DNA of 64,000 nt from an uncultured Holophagales bacterium (GTDB lineage: Bacteria; Acidobacteriota; Thermoanaerobaculia; Multivoradales; UBA5704): contig CAWJGT010000004.1 of NCBI GenBank assembly GCA_963842525.1, positions 32,001 to 96,000 on the forward strand, read 5' to 3'. The notes under the pieces were generated by a model, which made no database searches, had not been told where the DNA came from, and saw nothing but the letters and a program-made list of their open reading frames with translations. The position numbers and the translations under genes are program-made. Position 1 is the stretch's first letter. Each line of letters opens with the position of its first letter. This document shows, piece after piece, positions 21,553 through 32,810 of the stretch.

Positions 21553-22494
21553 ATGACCACTTCCGCCATACCCGCGCCGCCGTGGGGAACCCCGCTTGGG
21601 GTCCGGGAGGGCTTCGCCGACTGCGTGGCCATCGAGGCGGTCTGCGCGAGCCCCCTCCTACGGATTAGCCACTGGCAGTGCCGCTTCGACAGCCAGCCGC
21701 TCCGCCAGGAGCGCTATTACCCCTGGTATGTGCTGGTCGTCCCACGCTCCGGCGCTTCGGTGCTCCACTCCAGAGGCCGCGCCAAGCTGCTCGACCCCGG
21801 GTGCGCGGTGCTGCACGAGCCCTTCTCGGTCTATGCGAGCAGCCACCCCTTCGGCTGCGGCGACCGCGGCTGGAACGTTGCCATCCGGCAGGATGCTCTC
21901 TTTCGAACGGACCTCGCCGATCCCCCGTCGTGCCGGGTCGAGACGATCCCGGTGCGGGCGTATCTCCGATGGCGGCTGGCTCTGGAACGGCAGGCGCGCG
22001 AGCCGGGGAGCGGGCCGCTGGAGCTGGAGGAAGCGACGATGCGGCTGGTGGCGGGCCTGCACGAGCCTTTGGCTCCCGGCGGGAGTGAAGGGCGCCCGCG
22101 GTCCGGCACGGCGGAGGCGCACGAGACCTGCTTCGAGCGCGCGCGGGCCGAGCTCTTCCAGCGCTTCCGCGAGCCGCTCCAACTGGCCGACCTCGCTCGC
22201 ACGGCCCATGCCTCGCCCTTCCATCTCTGCCGGATCTTCAAGCGGGCCAGCGGCCTGTCGGTCCACCGCTATCAAACGCGGCTGCGGCTGCTGGAGGGGC
22301 TGGACGCTCTCGTCGAGCGGGACGTCCCTCTCGCCGAGCTGGCGCTCGACCTGGGATTTTCGAGCCACAGCCACTTCACGGACGCCTTCCGCCGCGAGCT
22401 CGGAATGGCACCCTCCGCGTTCCGCCATCTGGCCACCGCCGAGCGAGCGGTCCGCGCCCGGCAAGCTCATCGGGTCCTCCACGCCTCGCTGTGA
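21553..22494 (+). CDS. AraC family transcriptional regulator
   Basis: LADLARTAHASPFHLCRIFK and LAELALDLGFSSHSHFTDAFRR double HTH; start could be 21481. Confidence 0.92.
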   Translation: MTTSAIPAPPWGTPLGVREGFADCVAIEAVCASPLLRISHWQCRFDSQPLRQERYYPWYVLVVPRSGASVLHSRGRAKLLDPGCAVLHEPFSVYASSHPFGCGDRGWNVAIRQDALFRTDLADPPSCRVETIPVRAYLRWRLALERQAREPGSGPLELEEATMRLVAGLHEPLAPGGSEGRPRSGTAEAHETCFERARAELFQRFREPLQLADLARTAHASPFHLCRIFKRASGLSVHRYQTRLRLLEGLDALVERDVPLAELALDLGFSSHSHFTDAFRRELGMAPSAFRHLATAERAVRARQAHRVLHASL

Positions 22495-22563
22495 CCCGTC
22501 TCCCCGTCCTGTGGTAGTTTCGCGCCTACATCAGGCTCGAGCTATTTCGAAAGGAGGCGGTCT

Positions 22564-25207
22564 ATGCAACGTTCCACCGCAGCCCTGATCCTGGCGGTCG
22601 TTCTGGCTTTTCCACTGGCGTCCCGGCTCGCGGCCCAGGAGCCCGCGGCCGAGCCGACCGTGGTGAGCGGGCAGGTCACCAGCCGCGACGACGGCCGGCC
22701 GCTGCCGGGAGCGACCGTGAGCATTCCGGCCCTCAACCTGAGCGTCGTCACCGGCGTGGACGGCAGCTACAGCCTGACGATCCCGGCCGGAGCCGCCCGC
22801 GGGCAGACGGTCGAGCTGACCGTGACGTTCCCGGACCTCGATACGAGCGCGGTCGAGATCGCCCTCACGCCCGGGACGGTGAGCCAGGATGTCGTCCTGG
22901 GCATCTCCTTCTACGAGTCGATCACCGTGGGATCGCGCGCCAGCGGCTCGGCGGCCGAGAAGTCGGTGCCCGTGGACGTCTTCACGGTCGAGCAGATCCA
23001 GACCACCGGCGCCAGCGAGACCAACCAGATCCTCGAGATGCTCACCCCCTCGTTCAACTTCCCGCGGCCGACGGTCACCGACGGCACCGACACCGTCCGG
23101 CCGGCGACGCTGCGCGGCCTCGGCTCCGACCAGGTGCTCGTCCTGGTCAACGGCAAGCGCCGCCATACGAGCGCCCTGGTGCACGTCAACGGCAGCATCG
23201 GCCGCGGCTCGACCGGCGTCGACCTGAACGCGATCCCGGCCTCGGCCATCGAGAGGATCGAGATCCTGCGCGACGGCGCCGCCGCCCAGTATGGCTCCGA
23301 CGCCATCGCCGGGGTCATCAACCTGGTGCTCAAGTCCGGCTCCTCGCCGCTCACCCTGGGCCTGAAGACGGGTGCCACCACGCACGGCGACGGCGAGCTG
23401 GTCGACGCCGGCGTCAGCGATGGCTGGTCGTTCGGCCGCGGCGAGCTGTTCGCCACCGTCGAGTACCGCGACCGCGGCGACACCAATCGCGCCGGCCCGG
23501 ACCCCCGCCCGCAGGGCTCGGTCAATCAGGTCGCGCAGCCCAACCACCACTGGGGGGACGCCGAGACCCAGGACATCATGGGCTTCTTCAACGGCTCGGC
23601 GCCGATCGGCGGCGGTGGCACCTCGCTCTACACCTTCGGCGGCGTCAGCCGGCGCGAGGGCTCGCACGGCGGCTTCTTCCGGCGCGCGCTCGAAAACCGC
23701 AACCTGCCGGCGATCTACCCCGACGGGTTCCTGCCGCTCATCGAGCCCGAGGTCACCGATCTCTCGCTGACGACCGGGGTGCGCGGCGCGGCCGGGGAGT
23801 GGTTCTGGGACGCGAGCGCTCAGTATGGGGACAACGAGTTCCAGTTCAACGTCAGCAACAGCCTGAACGTCTCGCTCGGCCCCACCAGCCCGCCCAACCA
23901 GACGAGCTTCGACGCCGGCTCCCTCGGCTTCGACCAGTGGGTGGCCAACCTGGACCTGAGCCGCGGCTTCGAGGTCGGGCTCGCCGGTCCGCTCAACGTC
24001 GCCTTCGGCGCCGAATTCCGGCGCGAGGGCTACCAGATCACCGCCGGCGAGCCCGCCTCCTACATCGACGGCGGCTTCCCGGACCAGTTCGGCGCCAAGG
24101 CGCCGGCCGGAGCACAGGTCTTCCCCGGCTTCCGGCCGTCCAACGAGGTCGACGTCAACCGCGACAGCTACGCGCTCTACGTCGACGTCGAAGGGGACGT
24201 CTTCGAGAAGCTGCGCCTGGGGCTCGCCGGCCGCTTCGAGGACTACGAGGACTTCGGCAATACCAGCGACTACAAGCTGACCGCCCGCTTCCAGCCCGTG
24301 CAGTCCCTGGTGCTGCGCGGCGCGGTGAGCACCGGCTTCCGCGCCCCGTCGCTGGGCCAGGCCTTCTTCTCGACGGTGAGCACCAACTTCCTGGCCGTGG
24401 GCGGCGTGCTCGTGCCGTTCGAGGTCGGCACCTTCCCGGTGGGAAGCCCGGTGGCGCGAGCGCTCGGGGCCCGGGACCTGCAGCCCGAGGAGTCGGACCA
24501 CCTGAGCTTCGGCGTCGCCTGGACGCCGATCAGCGCGCTCGAAGCTCGGGGCCGACTTCTACCGCATCGACATCCGGGACCGGATCGTGCTCTCGGGCAA
24601 CTTCACCGGACCCCAGGTGGCGGCCCTGCTCGCCCCCTTCAACGTCAACGGCGCCCGCTTCTTCACCAACGCCATCGACACCCGGACCGAGGGCTATGAC
24701 CTGACGGCGAGCTACGGCCGGAAGCTCGGCGCTGCCGGCAATGCGGGGACCCTGCGGCTGTCGGCCGGCTACAACAAAACCGAAAACGAGGTCGTCCGCG
24801 TGGCCCCGACGCCGCCGCAGCTCTCCGGTCTGCAGGAGGTCCTGTTCGACCGCACCGAGCGCCTGCGGGTCGAGTGCGGCCAGCCCAAGGACAGCCTCCG
24901 CCTGGCCGCCGACTGGGAGCGCGACCGGCTCTTCGTCGCGACGCGCGGAAGCCGCTTCGGCGAGTATTGCCTGGTCGACCGCCGGGTCGTGGACCAGACC
25001 TTCGAAGCCGAATGGCTGGCCGACCTCGAGGTCGGGTACAAGTTCCCGCGCTTCACCCTGGCGGTCGGGGCCCAGAACCTCTTCGACGCGTTCCCCGACC
25101 GCAACCTGCCGGACAACGCCAACCTCGGTATTTTCACCTACCCGAGCCACTCCCCGTTCGGGATGAACGGGAGGTTCGTCTACTCGCGGATCGAGGTCAG
25201 GTTCTGA
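22564..25207 (+). CDS. TonB-dependent receptor with N-terminal carboxypeptidase-regulatory-like domain (frameshift near 24542)
   Basis: signal peptide; plug LRGLGSDQVLVLVNGKR and IERIEILRDGAAAQYGSDAIAGVIN; barrel continues in the 24587-25207 frame ending in C-terminal Phe. Confidence 0.92.
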
Positions 25208-25208
25208 A

Positions 25209-27642
25209 TTGAGCCGCCTGTCCCGAACCGGCGTGCTGCGCCGCGACCCCGCGGCGCAGGCCGTCTTTCTGCCCGACGGCCGCGTCCTCGTCCGGCACGC
25301 GGCCGGGGTGAGCCTGCTGGGTGGACTGGCCCGCGAGGATCTCGAGCGGGTGCTCTCCGCAGTGGATGGGGAGCGCACCGTCGAGGAGGTGTGCCGGGCG
25401 CTCGCGGAGGAGTACGACCCCGAGGCGGTCCTCCGGCTCCTGGGGAACGTGGCCGGCGAGCTGGTCCACGTTGTTCCGCCCCCACGGCTGGCAGGCCCGT
25501 TCATCGTGCTCCTTGCCGAGGGTGCAGCGAGGCAGCGGCTCGCTGCGGAGCTGGAAGGAGCCGGCTTCACCGTCGGGTCCGGAGAGGTCCAGCGTGCGGC
25601 CTTCGCGGTCTGCGCCCTGGAGGGAGCTTCCTATCAGAGGCTGTTCGAGCTTCCAAAGGGTTTGGATCGAGGCGAGTGTTCCGAGCCTCTTCCTGACCGC
25701 GGACCCCGACGGGCTCCGCCTGGGCCCGGTCGCCGTGCCGGGCGCGAGCCCCTGTTTCGCCTGCGCGCAGCTCGCCGCCCTGGGGTTCCTGCGGCTCGAG
25801 CCCGCTGCGCTGCTCGCCGTCGCCGGAGGTCTGCGGTCGGGCTCTCTGGAGGGCTCCGCCGGGCTCGACCGGGCCGTTGCGGCGCTGGTCCGGGAGGTCC
25901 GGCAGGCCATGGACCCGCGGGGTGAGCCTGCGCTGCTGCAGCGGATCCTCCAGGTCACTCCCTCTGGAGAGACCCGCCACCTGCCGGTCGAGCGGATCGC
26001 CGGCTGCCCGGTCTGCGGCGGTGCGGCCCCGGGGAACGACCCGGCAGGGCTCGCCGGACGGGCCGAGCGAATGCGGGTCGAGTCGGTGGAGCGGCGTCCT
26101 CCGCGGACGGTCCCCTCCGATCCCGAGGGGCTCGTCACCTCGATCGGCATCCTGGGCGGCGGCACGGCCGGATACCTGGCGGCGCTCGCCCTGCGCCGCA
26201 AGGTCCCGGGCCTGGCGGTCACCCTGATCGAATCGAGCGGCTTGCCGATCATCGGCGTGGGCGAGGCGACGACGCCGCTCATGCCCCAGTTCCTCCACGT
26301 CGACCTGGGGCTCGACATCCACGAGCTGTTCCGCGAGGTCCGGCCGACCCTGAAGCTCGGCATCCGCTTCCTGTGGGGGAGGCCCGGCGACGGCGACTTC
26401 AATTATCCCTTCGGTCCCGTCCACGCCCTGGAGCCGTTCGTCTACGAGGGGGACATCCGGAGCTGCTCGCTCCAGTCCATGCTGATGACGGCAGGCGCCG
26501 TGCCGCTCTATGAGGCCGATGGGGCGGGATGGATCAACCGGCTGGGGACCGAGGCCGCCTATCATCTGGACAACGAGCGGTTCGTGGCCTGGCTGCAGCG
26601 CCGGGCCGCCGCGGCGGGCATCGAGCGGATCGACGCCGCCATTGCCTCCGTCGAGCGGTCGGAGGACGGGACCGAGGTCCGCGCCCTGGTGACGGACGAT
26701 GGCCGGCGGCTTTCGTACGACCTCTATATTGATGCCTCGGGGTTCCGTTCCCTCCTGCTGGAGCAGGCCCTGGGCTCACCCTGGGTCAGCTTCGAGGAAA
26801 GCCTGTGGACCGACCGCGCCGTGGTCGGTCCGGTGCCGCACGGCGGGAAGCTCCGCCCCTACACCACGGCCGAGACGATGAGCTGCGGCTGGTGCTGGAG
26901 CACGCCGCAGGCCGACGCCGACCACCGGGGCTACGTCTTCGCCTCGGCCTTCCAGACGCCGGAAGAGGCCGAGGCCGAGATGCGCCGGGCCAACCCCGGG
27001 ATGGGGCCGGCGCGGCTCGTCCGCTTCCGGGCCGGCCGCCACGAGCATTTCTGGAAGGGCAACGTGGTGGCCCTCGGCAATGCGTACGGCTTCGTCGAGC
27101 CGCTGGAGTCCACGGCCCTTCACATGCTGATCCGCAAGATCGGGCTCCTGGTGCGGGTCTTCCCGCTGCGCCGGGGTGAACGAGGCCTGCCGGAGCAGCT
27201 CAGCCGCAAGGTGGCCGCCTGGTGGGACTACCTGCGCTGGTTCCTGGCCATCCACTACCGCTTCAACCGCCGGCTGGACACTCCGTTCTGGCGGGCCTGC
27301 GGCGAGAAGGTGGATGTCTCACGGCACGAGGAGCTGCTCGCGGCGTTCCGGGAGCGGGGGCCGCTGTCCTACGATCCGGCGGCCCGTGCCGCCTTCGATT
27401 ACCCCGATCCGCTGTGGGGTCCGGAAGGGATCGACGCCCTCCTTCTGGGGCAGCACGTGCCGGCCCGGCTCCCCCGGCCGGAGCTCGGCCGGGAGGCCTG
27501 GTGCGAGCGGGTGCGCCGGGCTCGGGAGGTGGTCGCAAGGGCCACACCGCACGAGCGCGCTCTGCAGGTGATGGCAGAGAGGCCGGAGCTGTTGGAGGAG
27601 ATGGTGAAGGCGTTCCGGGCGGCCGGGCCGGCGTTCGGTTGA
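25209..27642 (+). CDS. RRE + ThiF/E1-like (TOMM leader-binding) + flavin-dependent tryptophan-halogenase fusion (frameshift near 25653)
   Basis: VDGERTVEEV winged-helix RRE; LGPVAVPGASPCFAC...CPVC; GGGTAG, IGVGEAT, TLKLGIRF, WCWSTP, FVEPLEST. Confidence 0.85.
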
Positions 27643-27644
27643 AG

Positions 27645-27710
27645 CCTCACCCCCTGTCCCCCTCTCCCGGTCGGTGGGAGTGCGATGGGAGAGGGGGACA
27701 GGGGGTGAGG
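27645..27710. repeat. REP-like inverted repeat between convergent genes (likely also terminator)
   Basis: arms CCTCACCCCCTGTCCCCCTCTCCC / GGGAGAGGGGGACAGGGGGTGAGG. Confidence 0.9.
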
Positions 27711-27711
27711 T

Positions 27712-30700
27712 CTACGCCGCCGGGATGGCGCCCGGACCGACGAGCTGCTCCAGCTCGACGGACCGGCGGCCGTCCAGCATTTCCAGGAAGTCGACGTCGA
27801 TGACCATCGTGGTCTCCCCCAGGCACTCTCCCTCGGGGAGCACGCCCACGGAGCGGTTCCGGCCTCCACCCTTCGCGAGGTAGAGGCCGCGGTCGGCCAG
27901 CGCCATGACCTGGTCGAACGAGAGCGCATCGGGCGATTCGGGGTGCCAGGGGAACGGCGCCCAGCCGATCGAGCAGGTGACGCCGAGCAGCATGTCGGGG
28001 CCTGCCACGAACGGCTTGCCCGCGACGGCCTCCAGGATGCGCGACGCCAGCAGGCCGCCGGCCTTGCGGTCCGCCCAGCGGCTGATGATCAGGAACTCCT
28101 CGCCGCCCCAGCGGACCACGACATCGGAGGAGCGCACCACCTCGCGCAGGCGCCGCGCCATCTCGACCAGCACGGCGTCGCCCGCGATATGGCCGGCGCG
28201 GTCGTTGACCTTCTTGAAGTGATCGAGGTCGATCAGATAGAGGAGCAGGTCGCGGTTGCGGTCCACCGGCTCCGCGGTCCCCCGGTAGTTGCGAATGGCG
28301 CGCTGGATGTCGGCCTCCAGGTTGAGCGCCACGAACCGGCGGTTGTGCAGGGCGGTGAGCGGGTCGGTGACCGACATCATCTCCAGCTTGCGGTTGGCCT
28401 CGGCGAGCTCGCGGGTGCGCTCGCCCACCACCCCTTCGAGGAGCTCGGCGCGCCGGGCCAGGTTGCGGGTCCGCAGGCGGTTCACGCCGTAGCCCAGGCC
28501 GGTGAGCGCGAGAGCATAGAGCAGCATCGCCCCCACGGTCTTCCAAGGGGCGGGGAGGACTCGGAATTTCACCTCGATGGGACCTGTCTCGACTTGGTCG
28601 GCGTCCTTGGCCCAGACCTGGAAGATATAGCTCCCCTGGGGAAGCTTGTTGAAGACGGTCCGGGCCTCGGGGGTCCAATCCGTGGGCTCGTGCTCCAGGT
28701 CTTTGAGCTGAGTGCGGAAGCGGATGCCGTTTTCGCGGCGGTAGCTCAGCAGGGCGTACTGGATCTCCAGGCTGTTCTCGTCGTGGCGCAGGTCGGCACC
28801 GGACAGGGCATGCTCCTTGCCGCCGACCCGGATCTCCTCGAACAGGAGAGGAGCCGGCTCCGACTGGGCGCTCCCGGACAGAGGAGGCTGCGGAGCCACG
28901 ACGGCCGCGCCGGCGCTCGATGCTCCCCAGATGCGGCCGAGGCGGTCCTTGAAGGAAGCGCGGTTGAACCGCACGTCCGGCAGCACGTTCACGATCTGGG
29001 CGCGCCTCAGCTCCTGGCCCACGATGAGACGGAACACACCCTGCTCGGTGAAGAGGTAGACCCGGCGGTACTCATCCGTCTGGATCTGCAGGATCCAGGG
29101 ATCTTCGAGGCTGTTTGGTTGTGTCGTGTCGGTCAGTGCCTGGCAGGTCGACGGCTGGATGCCCTGCGGGTCGATGCGGACGCGCGCCAGGCCGCCGCGG
29201 GTGCCCATCCACAGCCAGCCGGTGCCGTCCGGCCCCGTGGTGGCCTGGAGCGAGTAGACCCCCGGATGGGGCAGGCAGGGGAGATTGACCGTGGCCCAGC
29301 GCCCGGCGGAGTAGCGTGCGATGCCGTTGTGCGTGCCCACCCAGATGGCGGCCTCGCCGCCGGGAGCCTGTGTCCGGAGCAGGGTCCGGATCTTCTCTCC
29401 GGGGAGGCCGGAGCCGGCGCGGAACACCGTCCAGCGTCCCCTTTCGAACAGTGCAAGCCCATTGGCCGTTCCCACCCAAAGTGCGTCGCCCCGCTTGCCG
29501 GGGGCGGCGAGCAGACAGGTCGTCCAGTCGAACGGCAGGGGGGAATTGCTGGAGTCCAGGAGCGTCCAGCGGCCGCGGGCGTGGCGGTAGAGCCCCTCGA
29601 AGGAAGCCATCCAGAAGACGTGCGTGCCGTCTTCCTCGGTGGTGTTGGTCGCATCGAGGACGACCGGGGAATCGGCGCCCGGGCGGGGCGTGAACCGCTG
29701 CCAACCGTCTTTGGTCAGCCGGGCGATGCCGCTGAACGTGCCCACCCAGAAGCTGCGGGCTCCGTCGGGGAAGACCGCCTCTCCCACGCCGATCGCGAAG
29801 CTGCTCGGCAAACCGTACCGCGAGTTGATCAGCACCCAGTGCTCGCGCTCCAGCCGGGAGACACCGGCCGCGGTGGCCACCCAGAGAGTGCCCTGCGGCG
29901 GTGTCACGGCCAGGCTGTAGACGTGGTTCGCCAGCAGGCCCGACCGCATGTCGAAGACCTGCCAGGAGCCGTCCTCCGCGAAGCGGACCAGACCCGATCC
30001 CAGGATCCCGGCCCACAGGATCGGCTTCCCCTTGTCGGACAGCGCGGGCTGCAGCGAACGGACCGCCCCCTTCGGGAAACCGCTGGCCTTGTCATACCGG
30101 GTCCAGATCCCCTCGCGCAGCGAGGAGAGGCCTTTCTCGGTCCCCACCCAGAGCGTGCGCGGGCCCCCGGGGGCGCCCGTCTCCGCGAGGCTGCGCACCG
30201 CGCCGTCGGCCAGCGCGTTGCGCCGGTCGAAGACGTCCGGCGCCAGAACGGGGCTCGGTCCATCGATCTGCTCGAGGCGCAGCAACCCACTGGTCGTGCC
30301 GACCCAGAGGACAAGCCGGCCCTCGTCGGTCTGCATGGGGAGCAGGGCCTGGATCAAGTAGCCCTGGATCGCCGGCACCGGCTGACACCGATCCCCCATG
30401 CAGCGGGAGAGGCCGGACTGGGTGCCGACCCAGACCACGCTCCGGCCGCCGTGGATGGTTTCCGCGAGCGCCTGCACGGAATCGGCTGGCAGACCGGAGC
30501 CTTTGCGGAACTGTTTCCAAGATTCGTCGTCGCGATATCGAAAAAGGCCGCGGTCTTCCGTGCCAAACCACAGGGAGCCGTCGCGGGTTCCGCGGGTCCC
30601 AAGGATGGCATTGACCGCCATCGGGGCTCCCGAGTGCGGGATGTCGAACTTTTGCCAGAGCCGGCCGTTGTACCGGCTTACCCCCTCCGGAGTGCCGGCC

Positions 30701-30927
30701 CAGACGTATCCGCGCGGATCGACGGCCAGGTTGAGCACGCTCGACCGGAGCCCGTCCTTCCAGTCGAAGTCGCGGAATGAGAGCCACTTGTCCTGCTCGG
30801 CCGGAGAGCCTGCCGGTCCGGGGCGCACGGCGACAGCCGGCTCGGCGGGGGCGGATTGGCAGAAAACCACCTCCGAAGCCAGGAAGACCGCCGCGAGCAG
30901 CGGGACGAGCGAGCGCCGAATCGCCAT
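27712..30927 (-). CDS. diguanylate cyclase with periplasmic beta-propeller (Reg_prop) and Y_Y_Y sensor domains
   Basis: signal peptide, repeated LWVGT..GL, TM helix, DLDHFKKVND and RWGGEEF. Confidence 0.92.
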   Translation of the reverse strand: MAIRRSLVPLLAAVFLASEVVFCQSAPAEPAVAVRPGPAGSPAEQDKWLSFRDFDWKDGLRSSVLNLAVDPRGYVWAGTPEGVSRYNGRLWQKFDIPHSGAPMAVNAILGTRGTRDGSLWFGTEDRGLFRYRDDESWKQFRKGSGLPADSVQALAETIHGGRSVVWVGTQSGLSRCMGDRCQPVPAIQGYLIQALLPMQTDEGRLVLWVGTTSGLLRLEQIDGPSPVLAPDVFDRRNALADGAVRSLAETGAPGGPRTLWVGTEKGLSSLREGIWTRYDKASGFPKGAVRSLQPALSDKGKPILWAGILGSGLVRFAEDGSWQVFDMRSGLLANHVYSLAVTPPQGTLWVATAAGVSRLEREHWVLINSRYGLPSSFAIGVGEAVFPDGARSFWVGTFSGIARLTKDGWQRFTPRPGADSPVVLDATNTTEEDGTHVFWMASFEGLYRHARGRWTLLDSSNSPLPFDWTTCLLAAPGKRGDALWVGTANGLALFERGRWTVFRAGSGLPGEKIRTLLRTQAPGGEAAIWVGTHNGIARYSAGRWATVNLPCLPHPGVYSLQATTGPDGTGWLWMGTRGGLARVRIDPQGIQPSTCQALTDTTQPNSLEDPWILQIQTDEYRRVYLFTEQGVFRLIVGQELRRAQIVNVLPDVRFNRASFKDRLGRIWGASSAGAAVVAPQPPLSGSAQSEPAPLLFEEIRVGGKEHALSGADLRHDENSLEIQYALLSYRRENGIRFRTQLKDLEHEPTDWTPEARTVFNKLPQGSYIFQVWAKDADQVETGPIEVKFRVLPAPWKTVGAMLLYALALTGLGYGVNRLRTRNLARRAELLEGVVGERTRELAEANRKLEMMSVTDPLTALHNRRFVALNLEADIQRAIRNYRGTAEPVDRNRDLLLYLIDLDHFKKVNDRAGHIAGDAVLVEMARRLREVVRSSDVVVRWGGEEFLIISRWADRKAGGLLASRILEAVAGKPFVAGPDMLLGVTCSIGWAPFPWHPESPDALSFDQVMALADRGLYLAKGGGRNRSVGVLPEGECLGETTMVIDVDFLEMLDGRRSVELEQLVGPGAIPAA

Positions 30928-31032
30928 GATCTGCGTGAGCCTAATGCTTCAATATATCGCAATTGCCCACATCAAGCCCCCTCCGGATCAGATTTTTTGG
31001 TGGATTGCCCCTTGTCAGCGGGCCGGCGTGAG

Positions 31033-32724
31033 CTACATGGAGGGAGTGTGCCGTTCGAGGATGGCGGCGAAGTCGGTCTCCGGGGGAAGCGTCCCGAAGG
31101 CGCGTCCACCCTCTCCGGCCAGGCGGGTCGCACAGAAGGCGTCCGCCACCGCGGCCGGGGCGTGGCGCACGAGGAGGGATGCCTGGAGAGCGAGGGCCAG
31201 CCGCTCGACCAGGCGCCGCGCCTGGGTTTCGAGCCCGGCCGGGTCCATCCGCCGGCCGAGGTCGTCCCGCAGCCGGTCCGCGAAGGCGTCCAGCCGGGCG
31301 TCGCCGCCCAGGGCCCGCTGGACCTCCGCGAGCAGGGCGGCAAGCGATTCGGGCGTCTTCTGGAGCGCGCGCAGCACATCCAGACACTGTACGTTGCCGG
31401 AGCCCTCCCAGATGGAGTTCAGCGGGGCCTCGCGGTAGAGGCGGGCCAGCGGCCACTCCTCGACGTAGCCGTTGCCGCCCAGGCACTCCAGGGCTTCCGC
31501 GGCATGGACCGGCGCCCGCTTGCAGATCCAGTACTTGAGGACCGCGGTCGCCAGCCGCTTGAACGTGGCGGCCTCCTCGTCGCCGGTCTGCGCATCGTCG
31601 AAGGCACGGGCGAGGCGCAGGGCGGAGACCGTCGCGGCTTCGGACTCCAGGGCCAGATCCGCCAGCACATTGCGCATCAGCGGCTGGTCGATCAGGAGCC
31701 GGCCGAAGGCCCGGCGGTGGCGGGCGTGGTGGAGCGCCTGGAGCGTCCCTTGTCGATGCGAGGCCGCCGATCCGAGGACGCAGTCGAGCCGCGTATGGAC
31801 GACCATCTCGAGGATTGTTGGCACGCCGCGTCCCTCCGCGCCGACCAGGCGCGCCCAGGCGGCGTGGAATTCGACCTCGCTGGAGGCGTTCGACCGGTTG
31901 CCGAGCTTGTCCTTGAGGCGCTGCAGATGGAAACGGTTGCGCGCGCCGTCCGGAGTGATCCGCGGCACCAGGAAGCAGGAGAGGCCGCCGGGAGCCTGAG
32001 CCAGGACCAGGAAGGCGTCGCACATGGGAGCCGAGCAGAACCACTTGTGGCCGGTCAGCTCGTACTCGGCCCCGGGACCACCTTCGAATCGATCCCCAAG
32101 GGGGACCGCCCGGGTCGTATTGGCCCGCACATCCGATCCCCCCTGCTTCTCGGTCATGGCCATGCCGAAGAGCGCGCCGGCCTTCTCGCCGGGCGGCACC
32201 AGCCGCGGGTCATAGGCATACGAGCAGATCCGGGGCTCCCACTCCGCGGCCAGCTCCGGCTGCATCCGCAAGGCCGGTATGGCCGAGTAGGTCATGGACA
32301 GGGGGCAGCCCACACCGGCCTCGACCTGGGCGAGCGTCATGAACAGGGCCGCCCGAGCCACATGAGCACCAGCCTGCGGCTCGCACCAGGGCAAAGCATG
32401 CAGCCCATGCTCGACCCCCAGGCCCAGGAGGGCATGCCAGGAGGGATGGAATTCGACGTCGTCGATCTGCCGTCCCGTCCGGTCGTGCGTCCGCAGCAAC
32501 GGCCGGTTCTCGTTCGCCTGGAACCCCCAGGAGATCGTCTCCCGCCGCCCCACAATCGCGCCGAAAGCCCGAGCCCGCTCCTCCGCCCACCCCGCCCCCT
32601 CCCGCCGGAGCGCCTCGACGAGCACCCGGTCGCAGGCGAAGACGTTGTAGTCCTCCAGCGGCGGAGGCTGGTTGAAGACCTCGTGGGTCGTGAAGGGCTC
32701 CGTGGCCGGGATCGGACGGGCCAT
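31033..32724 (-). CDS. aidB: acyl-CoA dehydrogenase, AidB-type
   Basis: THEVFNQPPPL, MAMTEKQGGSDV, RLKDKLGNRSNASSEVE, IWEGSGNV. Confidence 0.9.
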   Translation of the reverse strand: MARPIPATEPFTTHEVFNQPPPLEDYNVFACDRVLVEALRREGAGWAEERARAFGAIVGRRETISWGFQANENRPLLRTHDRTGRQIDDVEFHPSWHALLGLGVEHGLHALPWCEPQAGAHVARAALFMTLAQVEAGVGCPLSMTYSAIPALRMQPELAAEWEPRICSYAYDPRLVPPGEKAGALFGMAMTEKQGGSDVRANTTRAVPLGDRFEGGPGAEYELTGHKWFCSAPMCDAFLVLAQAPGGLSCFLVPRITPDGARNRFHLQRLKDKLGNRSNASSEVEFHAAWARLVGAEGRGVPTILEMVVHTRLDCVLGSAASHRQGTLQALHHARHRRAFGRLLIDQPLMRNVLADLALESEAATVSALRLARAFDDAQTGDEEAATFKRLATAVLKYWICKRAPVHAAEALECLGGNGYVEEWPLARLYREAPLNSIWEGSGNVQCLDVLRALQKTPESLAALLAEVQRALGGDARLDAFADRLRDDLGRRMDPAGLETQARRLVERLALALQASLLVRHAPAAVADAFCATRLAGEGGRAFGTLPPETDFAAILERHTPSM

Positions 32725-32810
32725 GAATAGAGGATAACCTGGGAGCCGGCTCCAGGCGCAGTTTCTCCCTGGGACCGCGGGCGTCCCGCCCGCCGGGATC
32801 CTCGCCCGCT

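Noticed and set aside
27943-30780. long antisense ORFs (also 9562-11337, 15820-17736, 40307-42967, 50339-53176, 56757-59051)
   Set aside because: Shadow frames opposite well-supported genes, as expected at high GC.
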